From the human T2T-CHM13v2.0 reference genome, Homo sapiens, in NCBI RefSeq assembly GCF_009914755.1, contig NC_060941.1: DNA of 64,000 nucleotides. One strand, written 5' to 3'. The notes under the pieces are model-generated. The model ran no database searches, had not been told where the DNA came from, and saw only the letters and a list, made by a program, of their open reading frames with translations. The position numbers were made by a program, and so were the translations under genes. This document shows positions 1 through 14,345 of the stretch, piece by piece. Every line of letters starts with the position of its first letter. Position 1 is the first letter of the stretch.

Positions 1-212
1 ATAGATCATCACCTGGTGGGCTTGGCTTTACTTTTCTGTGAGTATTTTGAGAGCTAGCTCTTAGGCCAGGAATATTACCAATGCTAGAATTAGTAGAGCC
101 AAAATTCACCTTAGGAAGCCTGGTTCTCTCCAGATGTGTTTGTTCTCTTTGAAGACATGCCCCCTTTTTATTTTAGGGGAAGAATAAAGAGGAAAAGTGG
201 AATTAACTAGAC

Positions 213-367
<155 letters not shown>

Positions 368-529
368 TAGAAAGAAGTTTAATTAACTCTGGTTTCTAGG
401 CCTTCATTTCTTCTGACCATGAATTCTCTCTGATCCAGTGTTCTATTGGGACCATGATTTGTCCCTCATATTCACTGCATGCCTGCCTCCTACCATGTGT
501 TATAGGTTATAGTTTTTTCTGTTTATTTT

Positions 530-900
530 TAAACCTTTTATTATGGAAAATTGCATACCTACCCAAAAGTAAAGTGGTAGATGAATCTGTCTTTACTGTC
601 AATCAGCTTTAACAGCTTCAACAGTTAATAGCATGGCCAATGTTGTTTTATCTTTTCCTTCAACCCCTTAGTTTTAACCAAATCTCAGATGTTATGCAAT
701 CTACAAATATTTTAGTATGCATTTATAAAAGATAAGAGCTGCTTTTAAAAGACATAATCATAGTACCATTGCTACATCTAGTAGAATAAATCTTTAATAT
801 CATCAAATAAGCAGATGACCTCATTAGTTTTTTTATTTTTAATAGTTTGAAGTGAGGTCTATACAAGGTCCTGCATTCTATGCAGTTAGCTGATCAGTCT
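530..900 (-). mobile_element. Old L1MC-type 3' fragment
   Basis: ttattatggaaaattgcatacctacccaaaag...catggccaatgttgttttatc...cataatcatagtaccatt. Confidence 0.6.
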
Positions 901-1885
901 TTTAAACTAGAGTTCCTTCTCTTGAAATCGATTAGTTTTTCTTTGTGATACATTTTTATCTACTCAGGCATTCAGAAATTTAATTCTTTTAATTTATTGC
1001 TTATTTCCTTAAAAAAAGGATTTTTGGGGGGATCTTGGAGGATGAGGAGACAACCTGAACAGGAAACCTTGATTTTTAATTATCAATGATTAAAATTAGA
1101 AATATTTTTGACAGAAAATGCATATTATAATAGAGACTCTTGTACCCACTAACATTTTTTCCCTTGGCTTTTAAAATGAAAGATTAAACTGGATAGCCAA
1201 AGAGTACAAAGAAAAAGCAAAGGAAAAATGTGTGGCTACCTTTTAAATTTTCATCAGGTTTGGATTCTACTAAACACTATAAATCTTTTTGATACTCTAG
1301 GGATATTCTTATAAATGTGGCCAGCTTGTGTTAAAATCATGTTGTGTATATGAATTTGACAAACAGAAGTAGATATTCTGTTAAACATTCTGTGTTTTCA
1401 TGATAGTGAGTTATGGTTGAGTGCTCTCAGTGTACTGAGTCGTTTAGAATATATTCAGTACAATTGTTATTCTGAAAGAACATCCCTTTTATCTTCATAA
1501 CATATCACAATTGTCAAGAAAAAACACTAGCTTAAAAGTTAACACTGGAAATAAATAGTGGTGGATGCAGATAACATTTTGGGGCTTAAGAGTTTTGGAA
1601 CCACACGTTTTAAGTTTAAAGTGCTCTCTTTAGACCAGAGGATCTCTAGGATTTCCCTTATCTTTGTTTATTACATTGGAACAGACAGAGACTCAGTTGT
1701 GCTATAGAACATCTAGGAGTAGTTTAAAGAGGTTTCAAAGTCCCTAGTTAATAACTAATATTCCTCGTATTTCTTGATGAGCCTTCTCAGTAGAACTTTA
1801 TCTTAAAACTTAGAATTTCTTCTTCTCTTGGTTAAATTGTGAGAACTGTGTCTTATAAACGTTGCTGTCTTAGAATTAATGACGA

Positions 1886-2173
1886 GGCCGGGCACAGTTG
1901 CTCACGCCTGCAATCCCAGCACTTTGGGAGGCCGAGGCAGGAGGATTGCTTGAGCCAAGAAGTTCGAGACCAGGCTGGGCAACATGGCAAAACCCCATTT
2001 CTACAAAAATAGAAAAAATTAGCCACGTGTGATGGTGTGCGCCTGTGGTCCCAGCTACTTGGGAGGCTGAGGTAGAAGGGTCAGTTGAGCCCTGGAGGTT
2101 GAGGCTACAGTGTACCACTGCACTCCAGCCTGTGTAAGAGTTGAGACTCTGTCTCTATTAAAAAAAAAAAAAA
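1886..2173 (+). mobile_element. AluJ
   Basis: ggaggattgcttgagcc...gaggctacagtg AluJ diagnostics, A tail. Confidence 0.92.
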
Positions 2174-2717
2174 TTGTTTTTAAAAAGAAATAACAATGGG
2201 TAGAAATTTAGGAGTCTGGATTTCTATCCTGGTGTTGTCGTTATCTCTGTGTCCTTGACTTTATCACTTAATTCTGCTCTCAATTTAGGCATTGAATTAG
2301 AATAGCGACATACACTATTTTATATAATGAATAGGAAGGGGAGAGAATTAAGCCAGCCTTGCACTGCCTTCTTTAAATAAAGTCTCATGTACAAAACTGA
2401 TAGGCTAAAAAGATAAAGGAGGAACTGTGCTGACTGAAGTGTTTGTGAGGTGGGAGAGAGTTTTGTAGCGTTGTCTGCCTTCATTCCCCAGAATAGTCCC
2501 AGGACATCTCTGGTGGATTTCTAAGTGTGAATACCTCTAATCTACATGAATTTGGAAGTTTTTTTCTGTCTCTGAAATTTTTTGAAGCAATCATGGTACT
2601 GTGAAATCTCTGCATTTCTGTGGTGGACCACTTTTACAAAATAGCGGTAATGGTAGAAGTATTTATGGGTATGTATTAATAGATGATGTTTAATCTCAAA
2701 TGTGTTAAATACTATGG

Positions 2718-2718
2718 G

Positions 2719-2753
<35 letters not shown>
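2718..2753. repeat. (TG)n(CG)3(TG)n microsatellite, Z-DNA-prone
   Basis: Direct reading. Confidence 0.95.
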
Positions 2754-2781
2754 TGGCTGGTTTGGTGCTACTGCTGCGAAT

Positions 2782-3270
2782 CTTTTTTCTTACTGTAGTA
2801 AATATACATAACGTAAAAATTTTTATCTTAACCATTTTAAGTATACAGTTCATTGGGATTAATTGTGTTCACATTGTTGTACATTTGTCACCATCATCCA
2901 TCTCTAGAACTTTTTCATCTTCTCAGATCGAACTTCTGTACCCGTTAAGCAATAAGTCCTTATTCTCCCTTCCTTCTAGCCCTGGCGCCCACCATTCTAC
3001 TTTCTGTCTCTATGAATCTAACTACTTTTTAGGTACCTCTCATAAGTGGAATCATAACAATATTTATTTTGTGTCTAGCTTATCTCATTCAAAATAATGT
3101 CTTCAAGGTTCATTCATGTTGTAGAATGTATCTTTCTCCACCCTTCTTTTTAAGGGTGAATAAATATTATTTTATTGTTATGTGTATGCAGCATTTTGTT
3201 TAGCCATTCATCTGTTGTTGGACATTTGGGTTGTTTGTACCTTTTGGCTCTAGTAAATAATGATGCTGTG
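2782..3270 (-). mobile_element. L1MB-type 3' end
   Basis: tcttaaccattttaagtatacagttca...gaacttctgtaccc...aagtggaatcata...ggacatttgggttgttt. Confidence 0.8.
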
Positions 3271-4334
3271 TTTGGGATAATCTTTAAAGCTTAGATCATT
3301 GTACTTCTTAATGTTACAGTTTAGGGATATTCAGTCTTATCTTTAGTCCCACATTCCACCTCAGTGTACCTGAGGCTGTGGTACACTTCCATAAGTCAGC
3401 AATTCACTGGAGAAGTGATTCTCGACAGAGGTGGCAGTGGTAATAGGAGTGGTAGAACTGATTTTCTTTGTGGGCCCCTACCCCCTTGAGATTCACATTC
3501 CCTTCAAGCTGGATGTTTATAGCTGAGGTGGTGGATGCTAATTCTGGAATATGTATTTGCATAGATTAATGATACATGCTGTTGAGTTGTGTGCTTTTGG
3601 TGTTATAAATCATCTTTGTTCTTGAATCAGAGACTGAGGCAGACATTAGAAGATAGCCCTGGTTTTTTAACCCACAGTACTTCTAAGTGCTGCTCCTTGA
3701 AGATACATCTGACTTCTTAGCTATTGATGAGTTTTCCAACCATTTCTAATCAGGCAGTTATGTTTTTGAGTTCTGATTTCAATCAGAATATTATAAGGCC
3801 TTTTATCTTTGCAGTATGTATGTTTCTGGAAACTTTTATCTATTATTAAGGAAATTTGCTATATGAAGGTAACTTTTTTCAGTGTGTTTTTTTTTAAATT
3901 ATCTACAACTGAGTAACAGTATGATTATATTATTGTTCTTGAGCAAATTTGTTTTCCCCAGAGTTAATAACTGCCTCATATATGGTTCACTGTGAATCTT
4001 CTCTCAACATAGTTAAATACATCAGTTGGTCACTCAGTTCTCCCCCTCTCCCCCCCCTTTTTTTCTTTTTTTGAGTTAGCTATCCATCCATACTCTTGCT
4101 TTAATCTGGAGTGGTTGCACTTGAAGTCTGCTTCACAGGGCTGTTGCCATTGTTTTGTGAATGCCTGATTCTGATTATCTGTTTCCGGGATTTCATCTTT
4201 TTTTATTTTTCACTTTCCCACTCTCATTTTGGTAGAGTATATATTCTAAGTCTTCCTGAGATAAGAATTCTTTCTTAGTAGTTTTTAATTATTTCTCAAG
4301 CTTTTTGGGTGTTTGTATGCCTGAATATGCCTTT

Positions 4335-4616
4335 GTCTTTTTTCAGACAGGATCTTGCTCTGTTGCCCTGGCTGGAGTAAATGGTGCTATCATAGCTCGC
4401 TGCAGTCTTGAACCACTGGACTCAAGTGATTCTCCTACCTTAGCCTTCTGAGTAGCTGGCACTATAGGCATGTGCCACCATCCCTGGCTCTTTTTTAAAT
4501 TATTTTGTAGAGGACAGGGTCTTGCTATGTTGCCCAGGATGGTCTCGAACTCAAGCTATCTTCCTGCCTCGGCCTCCCAGAGTGCTGGAATTACAGGCAT
4601 GAACCACTGCCTGGCC
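4335..4616 (-). mobile_element. AluJ
   Basis: agacaggatcttgctctgttgccc...catagctcgctgcagtcttgaac...cctggcc. Confidence 0.9.
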
Positions 4617-5680
4617 TTGAAAATGTCTTTAAATAAATAACCCTCATAATAGATCAGCAGTTTTATTGGGTATAGAATTCTGGGGTAGAAATTTTTCTCC
4701 AGAATTGTGTTTGTATTTCGACAATGTTTTCTATTTTCCATGGTTACTTTAAAAGGTTAGATGTGACTTTGATTCCTGAACCTTTGTATGTGATCTCTTT
4801 TTTCTTTTGTGATTTATTGTGGGGATTTTTCTTTTTCCCCACGTTCTGAAATCTTGCTGTGTTTGCATTCTTCCCCCCCACCTCCCCTCTTCCCTTTTCC
4901 CAGTCTTCTCCCTCCTTTCCCTCCTCCCCTTACCTTTCTTTTTCCTTGTAGTTTGCTCTCAGTGGACTCTTTCAATCTAGAAACCACTCTTTCATTCTAG
5001 GAAAGACAATTTATTATTATTTTATTCATCTGGGATGTGTGTTCTTCTGACATTGCTATATTGATTCAGTGAAATCCCATCAGACTTTTAAAATATGTGT
5101 AATGTGACATTTTGATTCTAAAATATGTATGAAAATGCAAAGGACCTAGCTAAAAACAATTTGTAAAACAGTAAGTTGGGGGACTTAAAACGACCTGATT
5201 TCAAGGTTATCTGTAACACAGTCAGCCTACAAGTACAACCTGCAAGCTACAGTAATTAAGGCTTGGTGGAAGGATATTAAGGATAAACGAATAGATCAAT
5301 GGAATATAATAGAAAGTCCAGTAGACAAACACACATGTATAGTCAATTTATTTTTGACTGTGGTGCTTATAATATTCAGTGGGAAAAAAATAGGCTTTTC
5401 ATAGTGATGTAACAAACTGGAAAAAGGTTTGAAAGGATAAATTTTAATTTCTACTTCATACCATATGCAAAAATTACCTCAAGATGGATCATTGACCTAA
5501 AAGTAAAAGCAAAAACTCTATAAAGCTTCTAAAAGAAAACATCCAAAATATATTTGTTATCTGGCATAGGCAGAAATTTCTTTGATAGGACAAAGAAACC
5601 ACTAAAAAATAATAAATTGGATTTTATCAAAATTAAAAATTTCTGCTCATCAGAAGTTTTTTAAGAAAATAAACAGGCAA

Positions 5681-5960
5681 GGCCAGGCGCAGTGGCTCAT
5701 GCCTGTAATCCTAGCACTTTGGGAGGCCGAGGCAGGCGGGTCACTTGAGGTCAGGAGTTCAAGACCAGCCTGACCAAAATGGTAAAACTCCATCTCTACT
5801 AAAAATACAAAATTAGCTGGACATGGTGTCGCATGGCTGTAACCCCAGCTACTTGGGAGGCTGAGGCGAGAGAATTGCTTGAATCTGGAAGGCGGAGGTT
5901 GCCGTAAGTAGAGATCATAACACTGCACTCTAGCTTGGGTGACAAGAGCAAAATTCTGTC
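5681..5960 (+). mobile_element. AluS, followed by a G-rich/(GA)n tract to ~6038
   Basis: ggccaggcgcagtggctcatgcctgtaatc...gcaaaattctgtc. Confidence 0.93.
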
Positions 5961-6129
5961 GGGGGCGGGGGGCGGGGAGGAAAGCAGGGAGGAGGAGAGG
6001 GGAAGGGGGGGAGAGAGAGAGAGAGAGAGAGAAAGAGACTAGAAGAAAACATTCACAATGTATATATATATATCTGACAAAGGACTTTTGTATATATAAT
6101 AAACCAAAACTCAAAACAACCCAGTTTAC

Positions 6130-6370
6130 TTTTTTGTTTTTGAGACAAAATCTCACTCTGTCACCAAAGCTGGAGTGCATCATAGCTTAGCCTCCAGAGT
6201 ACCTGGGACTACAGGCACATTACATCACACCCGACTCATTTAAAAAAATTTTTTGTAGAGGTGGGATCTTGCTATGTTGCACAGGCTGGTTTTGAACTCT
6301 CCTTAAGTGATCCCCCTGCCTCGGCCTCCCAGAGTGCTAGTATTACAGGCATTGAGCCGCTGGGCCAGCC
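6130..6370 (-). mobile_element. AluJ with internal deletion
   Basis: gagacaaaatctcactctgtcacc...catagcttagcctcc...attacaggc. Confidence 0.85.
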
Positions 6371-7247
6371 CAAAGAACCCAATTTGAAAAATGGTTTAAA
6401 GACTCTGATAGACACTTCACAAAGAAGGCATTGGAATGGATGATAAGTATATGAGAAACAGCCATAAGAACATTAGTAATAAGAGAAATGCAGACTAAAA
6501 CAAAAAGGTGATACCACTACACTTCCACCCGAAGGGCTAGAATTTAAAAGACCAGGCAATATCTTGGCAAATATGTGGTGTAAGCAGAATTCTCCTATAT
6601 TGTTGAGGAAGCAGAAAATGGTACAACCACTTTAGAAAACTCTGCTAGGTTTTTAATAAAATGAAACAAGCACCTGCCCCTGACCCAGCAGTCCTACCTT
6701 TTGTTATTTGCCTAAGATGAAAATACTCTCAGAAAGATTTGTAAGTGAATGTTCATAGAAAGTTTATTCAGAATAGCCGCCAAATTAGAAAGAACCCAGA
6801 GTGTTCAATAATGGAAGAATGAAGAAACAAATTATGGTATATTATTTAACAAAATACTCTTCCTCAATAAAGTGGAGAAAATACTGATACCTGCAGTCAT
6901 ATTGATGGATCTCTGAAAATGCTGAGCAGAAGAAGCGAGACACAAAAGAGAACATACTGATTCTATCTCTATGAAATCTAGAGTAGGCAGAACAGATCTG
7001 TGGTGATTGAAATCAGATCAGTGCTTGCCTCTGGAGGAGATTGACAAGAATGGCACCAGGGAACCAGGGAATTTTCTGAGGTGATGGAATGCTCTGTATC
7101 TTGCTGTATTTTGTGAAATAGAAAGGTGTCTGCATTTGTCAAAACTCATTGAGCCACATATGCTTATGATTTGTGCATCTCACTCTATGTAAATGATGCC
7201 TCAATTTTAAAAGCAATCCTGAACAATAACAATTATATATATACATA

Positions 7248-7248
<1 letters not shown>

Positions 7249-7290
<42 letters not shown>
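7249..7290. repeat. (ATT)n microsatellite
   Basis: Direct reading; beside an Alu tail. Confidence 0.95.
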
Positions 7291-7302
7291 GGTGTTTGTT
7301 GT

Positions 7303-7731
<429 letters not shown>

Positions 7732-8496
7732 AGTAACAATAAAAATTATAGTGATAGATTTTTTTACTCTCACTGAGCAGTATTTGTGGTTTTCTGTCCT
7801 TGTTCTCAAAGCACCTATGTATTTCGACAATTTAGATGACTTGATGAATATATGAACACTGTGCTTTTAATGAATTCAGCTTTTATGCCTGTGGAACAAT
7901 ACTGTGATAAATTTTATTTCTGCCCATGTGGTTTCCCCTTTCATAATGTTTGAAAGAACCCTAGAGTGAAATTTTTAAGAAGGTTATCAAGTTTCTTTTG
8001 AGAATTATTCTAGAGTATCTGTTGCACCACATCAGGTATAGTGTACCCCTAAGTAGCTAGAGTCCCCTAAAAAGTTGAGGGGATGTGTTTTTAGTGTGCT
8101 TTAAAAATAACATTTACTATTGTTTCTTTCTTTCTTTTTTTTTTTTTAATACAGAGAAAGTATAAAGAAGAAAGCCAAAATGGCCCATTATCTTATCATC
8201 CAGGTAGTTCATGTTACCCTTTAAAAAATCAGTAGTACCTGCTTCTGGTAAGAGAATTCAGTTGGTGCAGAAAGTTATAAAACAAAAAATCAGCTTCATG
8301 CCCTTAATATTTATCTCCAAAGATAACCCTGTTAAATGTAAAATGCCTTGCAGAAAAGCTTATTATATGTCAGAATACATAATTTATATAGATCCTTAAA
8401 GAATATTTACACACAATAGCAGTTTTTTTCTGCACTTTTTTGTAGCTTGATTTTTTATTCACTTAGTAACTTAGTACATCTTGAAAATATTTCTGA

Positions 8497-9141
<645 letters not shown>

Positions 9142-9354
9142 TAGTATTCATTACATTGTATAGGTGTATTATATATTTAACTAGTTCCTTATTGGTAGCT
9201 ATTTAGATTATTTTCATTGTTGAATTAAAAACAATGTTTTAGAGAACAACTTTGTGCTGGTGAAATGTACTTTTAAAAATTAACCAATGTTTAATTCTTC
9301 ATAGATTGGTAATTTTCAGCCCTTTTCTTGTCATAGGAGAGACTGGAAGTAGCT

Positions 9355-9518
9355 GTGTTTTCTCGACCTTGTTACTGTTGAGATACTAGATTGGAAAATT
9401 CTTTGTTGTGGGAGGCCGTCGTCCTGTGCGTGGTAGAATGTTTAGTGACAGCCAAAATGTCTCCAGACATTACCAAATGAACCTTGGAGTGCAAATTTGC
9501 TTCTTCTTAGGACCACTG
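9355..9518. mobile_element. MER20 (hAT-Charlie MITE), internally deleted
   Basis: aattctttgttgtgggaggc..gtcctgtgc..gtagaatgtttag...aaaatgtctccagacatt. Confidence 0.8.
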
Positions 9519-9734
9519 GTACAGCGGGCACTGCAGGTTTACACAGATGAACCTTTTTCCTGACTGAGGAGCTGCAGAAGTCAGATATAAGAGGTGTATT
9601 CCTTGGGGTTTGAATGGATGCCAGAAAAGGGGAATTTGGGGAATGGCTATAGGGATATCTCATAGAGTCCAGGGAGAACATCAGAGCTTTGGGAGCAAGT
9701 CATAGTTGCCAGAAACCAAAGCAATCCAGTATGT

Positions 9735-11150
9735 GTTCTTTCATACATTTAGCAAATGTTTGTTGAATGTCTGCCATCTGCTAGTTACTATGGTGTGGGC
9801 ATAGGTATTTCATGTTGAAAAAAGAGATGTGATTGTTACTTCATGAAGCTTGAGATTTAGAGGCAGACACAGACGTGTGTGTGTATAAAATTATAATCAC
9901 CTACTTGCTATTAAAGGAAGAGAACCAGGTGCTATGAGAAAATGAAATATGGGCCTAATTTAGAAGGAGGGTGGTGAAAATGTAGTCAATGAAGGCTTCT
10001 AAACTTGAGTGAGTTTTACTAGATTTGGGGAAGGGATTGATGAGTGTTCCAAGTGGAAGGAATCGCATGTATTTGAAATTATCAAGGTGGGAAATATTCA
10101 ACTTGTCATGGAATGGAAGGAATGGCAGTTCACATGGAGGGTGACTGAATGAGAAAGGAAAAACAAACAAATTTAGATTAAGGGTGTAGAGACAGTTAGG
10201 TATGGAGAGATGGGCCACATAATGTAGGGCCTTGTAGATAAAGAGCTGGATGACATCCAAAGTGCAGTGGGGAGTTATGGAAAAGTTGTAAGTAGGTCAG
10301 TGATTTACAATTTAAACTGATTATTTACAGTCTAAAGTAATTATTCTGGCTGCCGTGTGGACTATGTACTGAAAGGAGGTAAGAATATAGTTAGGGAGAC
10401 CTGATAAAACTATGGTAATGTAGGTAAAGCGTAATAGTCACCTATCATGACTTCAATAGTATTAAATTGATGACAGTACATGTAGAGAGACTGTAAAGAC
10501 ATTTTGGAAGTAATTAATAAATATTGGTGATAATTTGAATGTAGATGATGACAAGGAGGAAGGTGTTCATAGTGACTTGTAGAATTCTGGCTTGAATTAA
10601 TGGGTTTAGTTGCGATTACTGTGATGGAGACTACTGGGTATGGAGCATCTGTAAATAGGGGTCATAGGGCAAGATCGAGTTTTAGATAATATTTAAGTTT
10701 GAGGGACCTGTGACATTTTATTAGGGATATCAAAACATACATATATATATTATATATATATATAGCGTGTGTGTATATGTATTTATGTATACATGTGTTT
10801 CTGTGCTTATGTGCATGTATCACATACTCTGGTGTTGAAAATATGAGTCTGGTGCCAGAAGTGAAGTTGTAGATTGGAGATAAAAAGTTGAAAATTGCTG
10901 CCATATAGATGAAAGGGTTGCCTAGGAAGAGAGTGAGAATGTATTTTGATGAGAAAATTGTGTCCAGGGCTGAGCCCCAAGAAAATCTAACATTTAGAGG
11001 TTGGATAGAAGAGGAGGGACAGGCAAAAATTAAAAGATGCTTGATAATTAGGAAGCAAACTGGTAGTGCATGATGTTATAGAAATCTAGCATTGTTTCAG
11101 AGTGCAGTTGGGAAGGAATTGTGGTTGGCTATGTCTAATGTTCTGAGAAT
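9735..11150 (-). mobile_element. L2 3' fragment with an embedded AT/GT microsatellite (~10735-10800)
   Basis: ttcatacatttagcaaatgtttgttgaatg L2 end; ...ggagttatggaaaagttgtaagtagg...ctggctgccgtgtgga...ccagggctgagcccc. Confidence 0.75.
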
Positions 11151-11886
11151 GCTAGTAAAGCTACCTTGTTGGCAAAAACTCCTGAGATACACTTTAAACT
11201 ACTCTTAATTTCTTACTTACTTGGGAAGAGGTTTTAGCTGCCACTGGAAATTGGGGCCTAAACAGGGAAAGGATCTCATGAAAACATGTAACCTATAGAT
11301 TTAGGGCAGTTTTCCTTACCTTTTCTTGAAGAAGCATAGCCCAGAAAAACTGTTCTAAGGGTAAACTTAGAGTACAACTGACACAGGATCAGCTCTTAGG
11401 AAACAGTCAATAGCAACATGATGCAAACATGAATGTTTGTCTTGTCCTCTTTAATGTTACTCTTTTCTGTGGTGATAAAACATTTCTTTGTATGTCATAA
11501 ATCAGTACTACTTCAGAATACTGCAGACTTATCTAATTTGTCTAATACATTCTGTTCACTAAATATGAGTATCAGAATTTGAAATTTTCTATTTAGAATG
11601 TTTGAGCCATTCTTCTGGACATTTCATTTTTCAGTTTTTCCTTTTGCCTCATCTTAGATCACAGCAAAGATACTCATTTGTTGGTAGTGCCAGGAAGCAG
11701 GCAGTTTCCATGGTAACTGACAGACCGAGTTTACTGTGGAAATTTCCGGAATTAACAGAGCTGCATTGCAGAAGGATGCATAAAGCAGTATTCATCTAGA
11801 GATCGTAACAGTACGGACACAGAAGAACAGTTGCAGTGATGTGCAGGGTATGTCTTACCTTTATTTTCCTGTCTAAGGAAGATTAG

Positions 11887-11888
<2 letters not shown>

Positions 11889-11946
<58 letters not shown>
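11889..11946. repeat. Perfect (AT)29 microsatellite
   Basis: Direct reading. Confidence 0.97.
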
Positions 11947-11949
<3 letters not shown>

Positions 11950-12651
11950 TGCTGAGGAGACAGTAAAACAGCTTGGGGCGTTTTAGTATATGCTGGCTTG
12001 ATACAGTCAAAGTTGCTTAGGAAAAAGAAGGAAGAAATGATTTGGGAAAGAAGGTATATTTGATAGCATTGGGAAGAAATCAAGATCAGATGATCGAGGT
12101 AGAAGAATGTGATAGTGAAATAAGAGGAGAAAACATACTTCAAACTAATTAAATAATAAAAGGTTCTTACGGATAGTGGTTCTAGGCACAAGAAGATATT
12201 TATTTATTTATTGAAGGAAAATAGTAGACATTGTCAAGTTTGAGAAATCAAGTTCTCATGTGCAGGAAAAAGAAATCTGTTAAGATAATTAGCTATTACT
12301 TGCTGAAAGATAGGTAGATATGAGAGATGTCCAGGATATTAAACAAGGAGGTTTGCTGCCATCTTAGCGTACTTACCTAAGTGATGAGAGAATCCTAGAA
12401 GGGTTTCTGCCCCTAATTCCACTCTCTGTTGATTGGTGGGCCATTTTCAAGAAAAATTCTGAAATGTATCTTGAGATTAAATTCTGGAAACAGAACTATA
12501 GGATTTGGGCAGATAATTGAAGGTGCTTATCATATAGAGCATAATTATAAATGTAAAAGAGAAAAAGGATATAGAAAATATGATTTAGATTATTTGCATG
12601 ATAGATGCAATTTAGGTTGCTAGATACCATTTGGTATCATTTATATCATGT

Positions 12652-12828
12652 AGTCAGCAAACTACAGCTCATGAGCCGAATCCATCCTGTTTGCTTGTTT
12701 TTGTAAGTAAAGTTTTATTGGAACATAGCCACACCCATCTGGCTGCATAGTTGCAGGAGACTAGTGGCTTGCAAAGCCTAAAATATTTGCTATCTGGTTC
12801 TTTACAGAAAAAGGTTGTGACTCATGAT
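12652..12828. mobile_element. MER58A-like MITE
   Basis: gtcagcaaactacagc...gtaaagttttattggaacatagccacaccc...aaagcctaaaatatttgctatctgg...tttacagaaaaag. Confidence 0.85.
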
Positions 12829-12836
12829 TTAGATGG

Positions 12837-13268
12837 TGTACTGGATTTTTCAAGGCTTCTGTGAGATTACCACAAACTTGGTGGCTTAAAACAACAGAAA
12901 TTTATTCTCTCACAGTTCTAGAGGCCAGAAATCTGAAGGTGTTGGCAGGGCCATGCTTCTCCCGAAGGTTCTGGGGGAGGATCCCCCCTTTCTTTCAGCT
13001 TCTGGTACTGCTGCTCTTCCTTGGCTTGTGGCAGCATAACCGTAATCTCTATGGTCTTCTTCCCTGTGTCTGTCTTGTGCATCTCTATCTTCTCCTTTTC
13101 TTTGTTTGGTCTCCTATAAGGATAGTTATTTTATTTAGTGCCCACCTAATCCAGAATCTCTTTTTTGAGATCTTTAATTTTATCCGTAAAGATAGGTTAC
13201 TTTCTGAGATTCTGGATGGACCTATCTTTTTTTTGTGTGGTGGGTGGTGTATAGTTCACCCTACTACA
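12837..13268. mobile_element. MaLR solo LTR (MLT1C-like)
   Basis: ttaccacaaacttggtggcttaaaacaacagaaatttattctctcacagttctagaggccagaa; TG...CA ends. Confidence 0.85.
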
Positions 13269-14139
13269 GATGGTATTGAAGAACTGGGTTTTGGCTTCTT
13301 AAATCACATTGTATATTAAGGATAGCCAGTTCTTAGTGTTTCCTTTGACCTGCTGGAGAAGATATTAAACTCACATTTCAAAGGCAAGGTGATAGAGGCA
13401 TAGTTGAATCATAGAAGATAGCCTTTGTGACACAAACATAAGCAGTAGAGTAAAGGGAGTACTAGAAAATTCATAGGAGAAAGAGTACTAAAATATTCAC
13501 TGGAGACGGATGAAGACCAGTGCCTGATGCTTCATATCGTTCTCTTCTTGTCTCTTCATATTTTTCTCACCCTAACTCCCACCTCCAAAAAAACAACAAA
13601 ATGAATTTGAAATTTTAATGAAAAATGGTTGGCACAAAAACAAAAATCACAGTTTTGAGGAATGGCTCATCGCTAAATTACGGCACTGGGAAATATATAT
13701 ATATGATTCAAAAGAAGTAGACTTAATAAGCAAGTAGAGGAGTGGCAGTGTAGAAGGTACACACCAATGTATAGACCAGTGAACCTGAGATTTGGCTTTT
13801 GTTGAGAGCCTTTTTGTCATTGTGGGAGTATACAAACTATTGGCCTGGGCAGGAGAGAAGGTCTGTGACATTTTCCTCTTCTCATATGGGCATATTTGTA
13901 AACCATAATAACAGTGGTAGGTATCTATTTGCATTCCCTGGAAGTCTCATTTACTGTATTTGGGTATATTCTGAAATGTTTAAAAAGTGATGAATTCACA
14001 TGGTGAAGAATCAAATAGTAGGCAAGGGATTCCAATGTAGACGCTGGAGCTGCAGAGAAAAGCCACCTTATATTGCCTATATTCTCACCTGCGCACTTTG
14101 AAATGAAGCTTCTGATACAGACTTCATGGAGATGATCAT

Positions 14140-14345
14140 AGAAGAATTAAATAGAAATGGTTAATCCAAATTAGGGTTCACTAAGAGTAAGTAAGCAGTT
14201 CCAAACTAGCCTAATATACTTTTTTGAAAGTGTTACTAGGACTGTAGATCAGGAGTTTGGAACAGACTAGGTGTATCTTGATTTCAACATTTATGGGCAC
14301 AGAGGAGGAACATGAAGCCCAATACAGTATTTTCAGGAAGTTTCT
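14140..14345 (+). mobile_element. CR1/L3 reverse-transcriptase remnant
   Basis: gggttcactaagagtaag...caaactagcctaat...gttactaggactgtagatcagg...gtgtatcttgatttca, resembling the GFTK..QTNLI..RLVDQG..VYLDFS block. Confidence 0.6.

Larger units (their letters stand above)
5060..7215 (+). mobile_element. Old L1M (ORF2 end + 3' UTR) interrupted by two Alus
   Basis: gacctgatttcaag...atagatcaatggaa...cataccatatgcaaaaatta...gaaatgcagactaaaac...gtgatggaatgctctgtatcttg. Confidence 0.8.

Noticed and set aside
2542-3097. Overlapping 103-aa and 131-aa ORFs
   Set aside because: Made of a (TG)n repeat plus L1MB 3' UTR.
12861-13319. 152-aa hydrophobic ORF
   Set aside because: Lies within an MLT1C-like LTR, GTG start, no recognisable domain.
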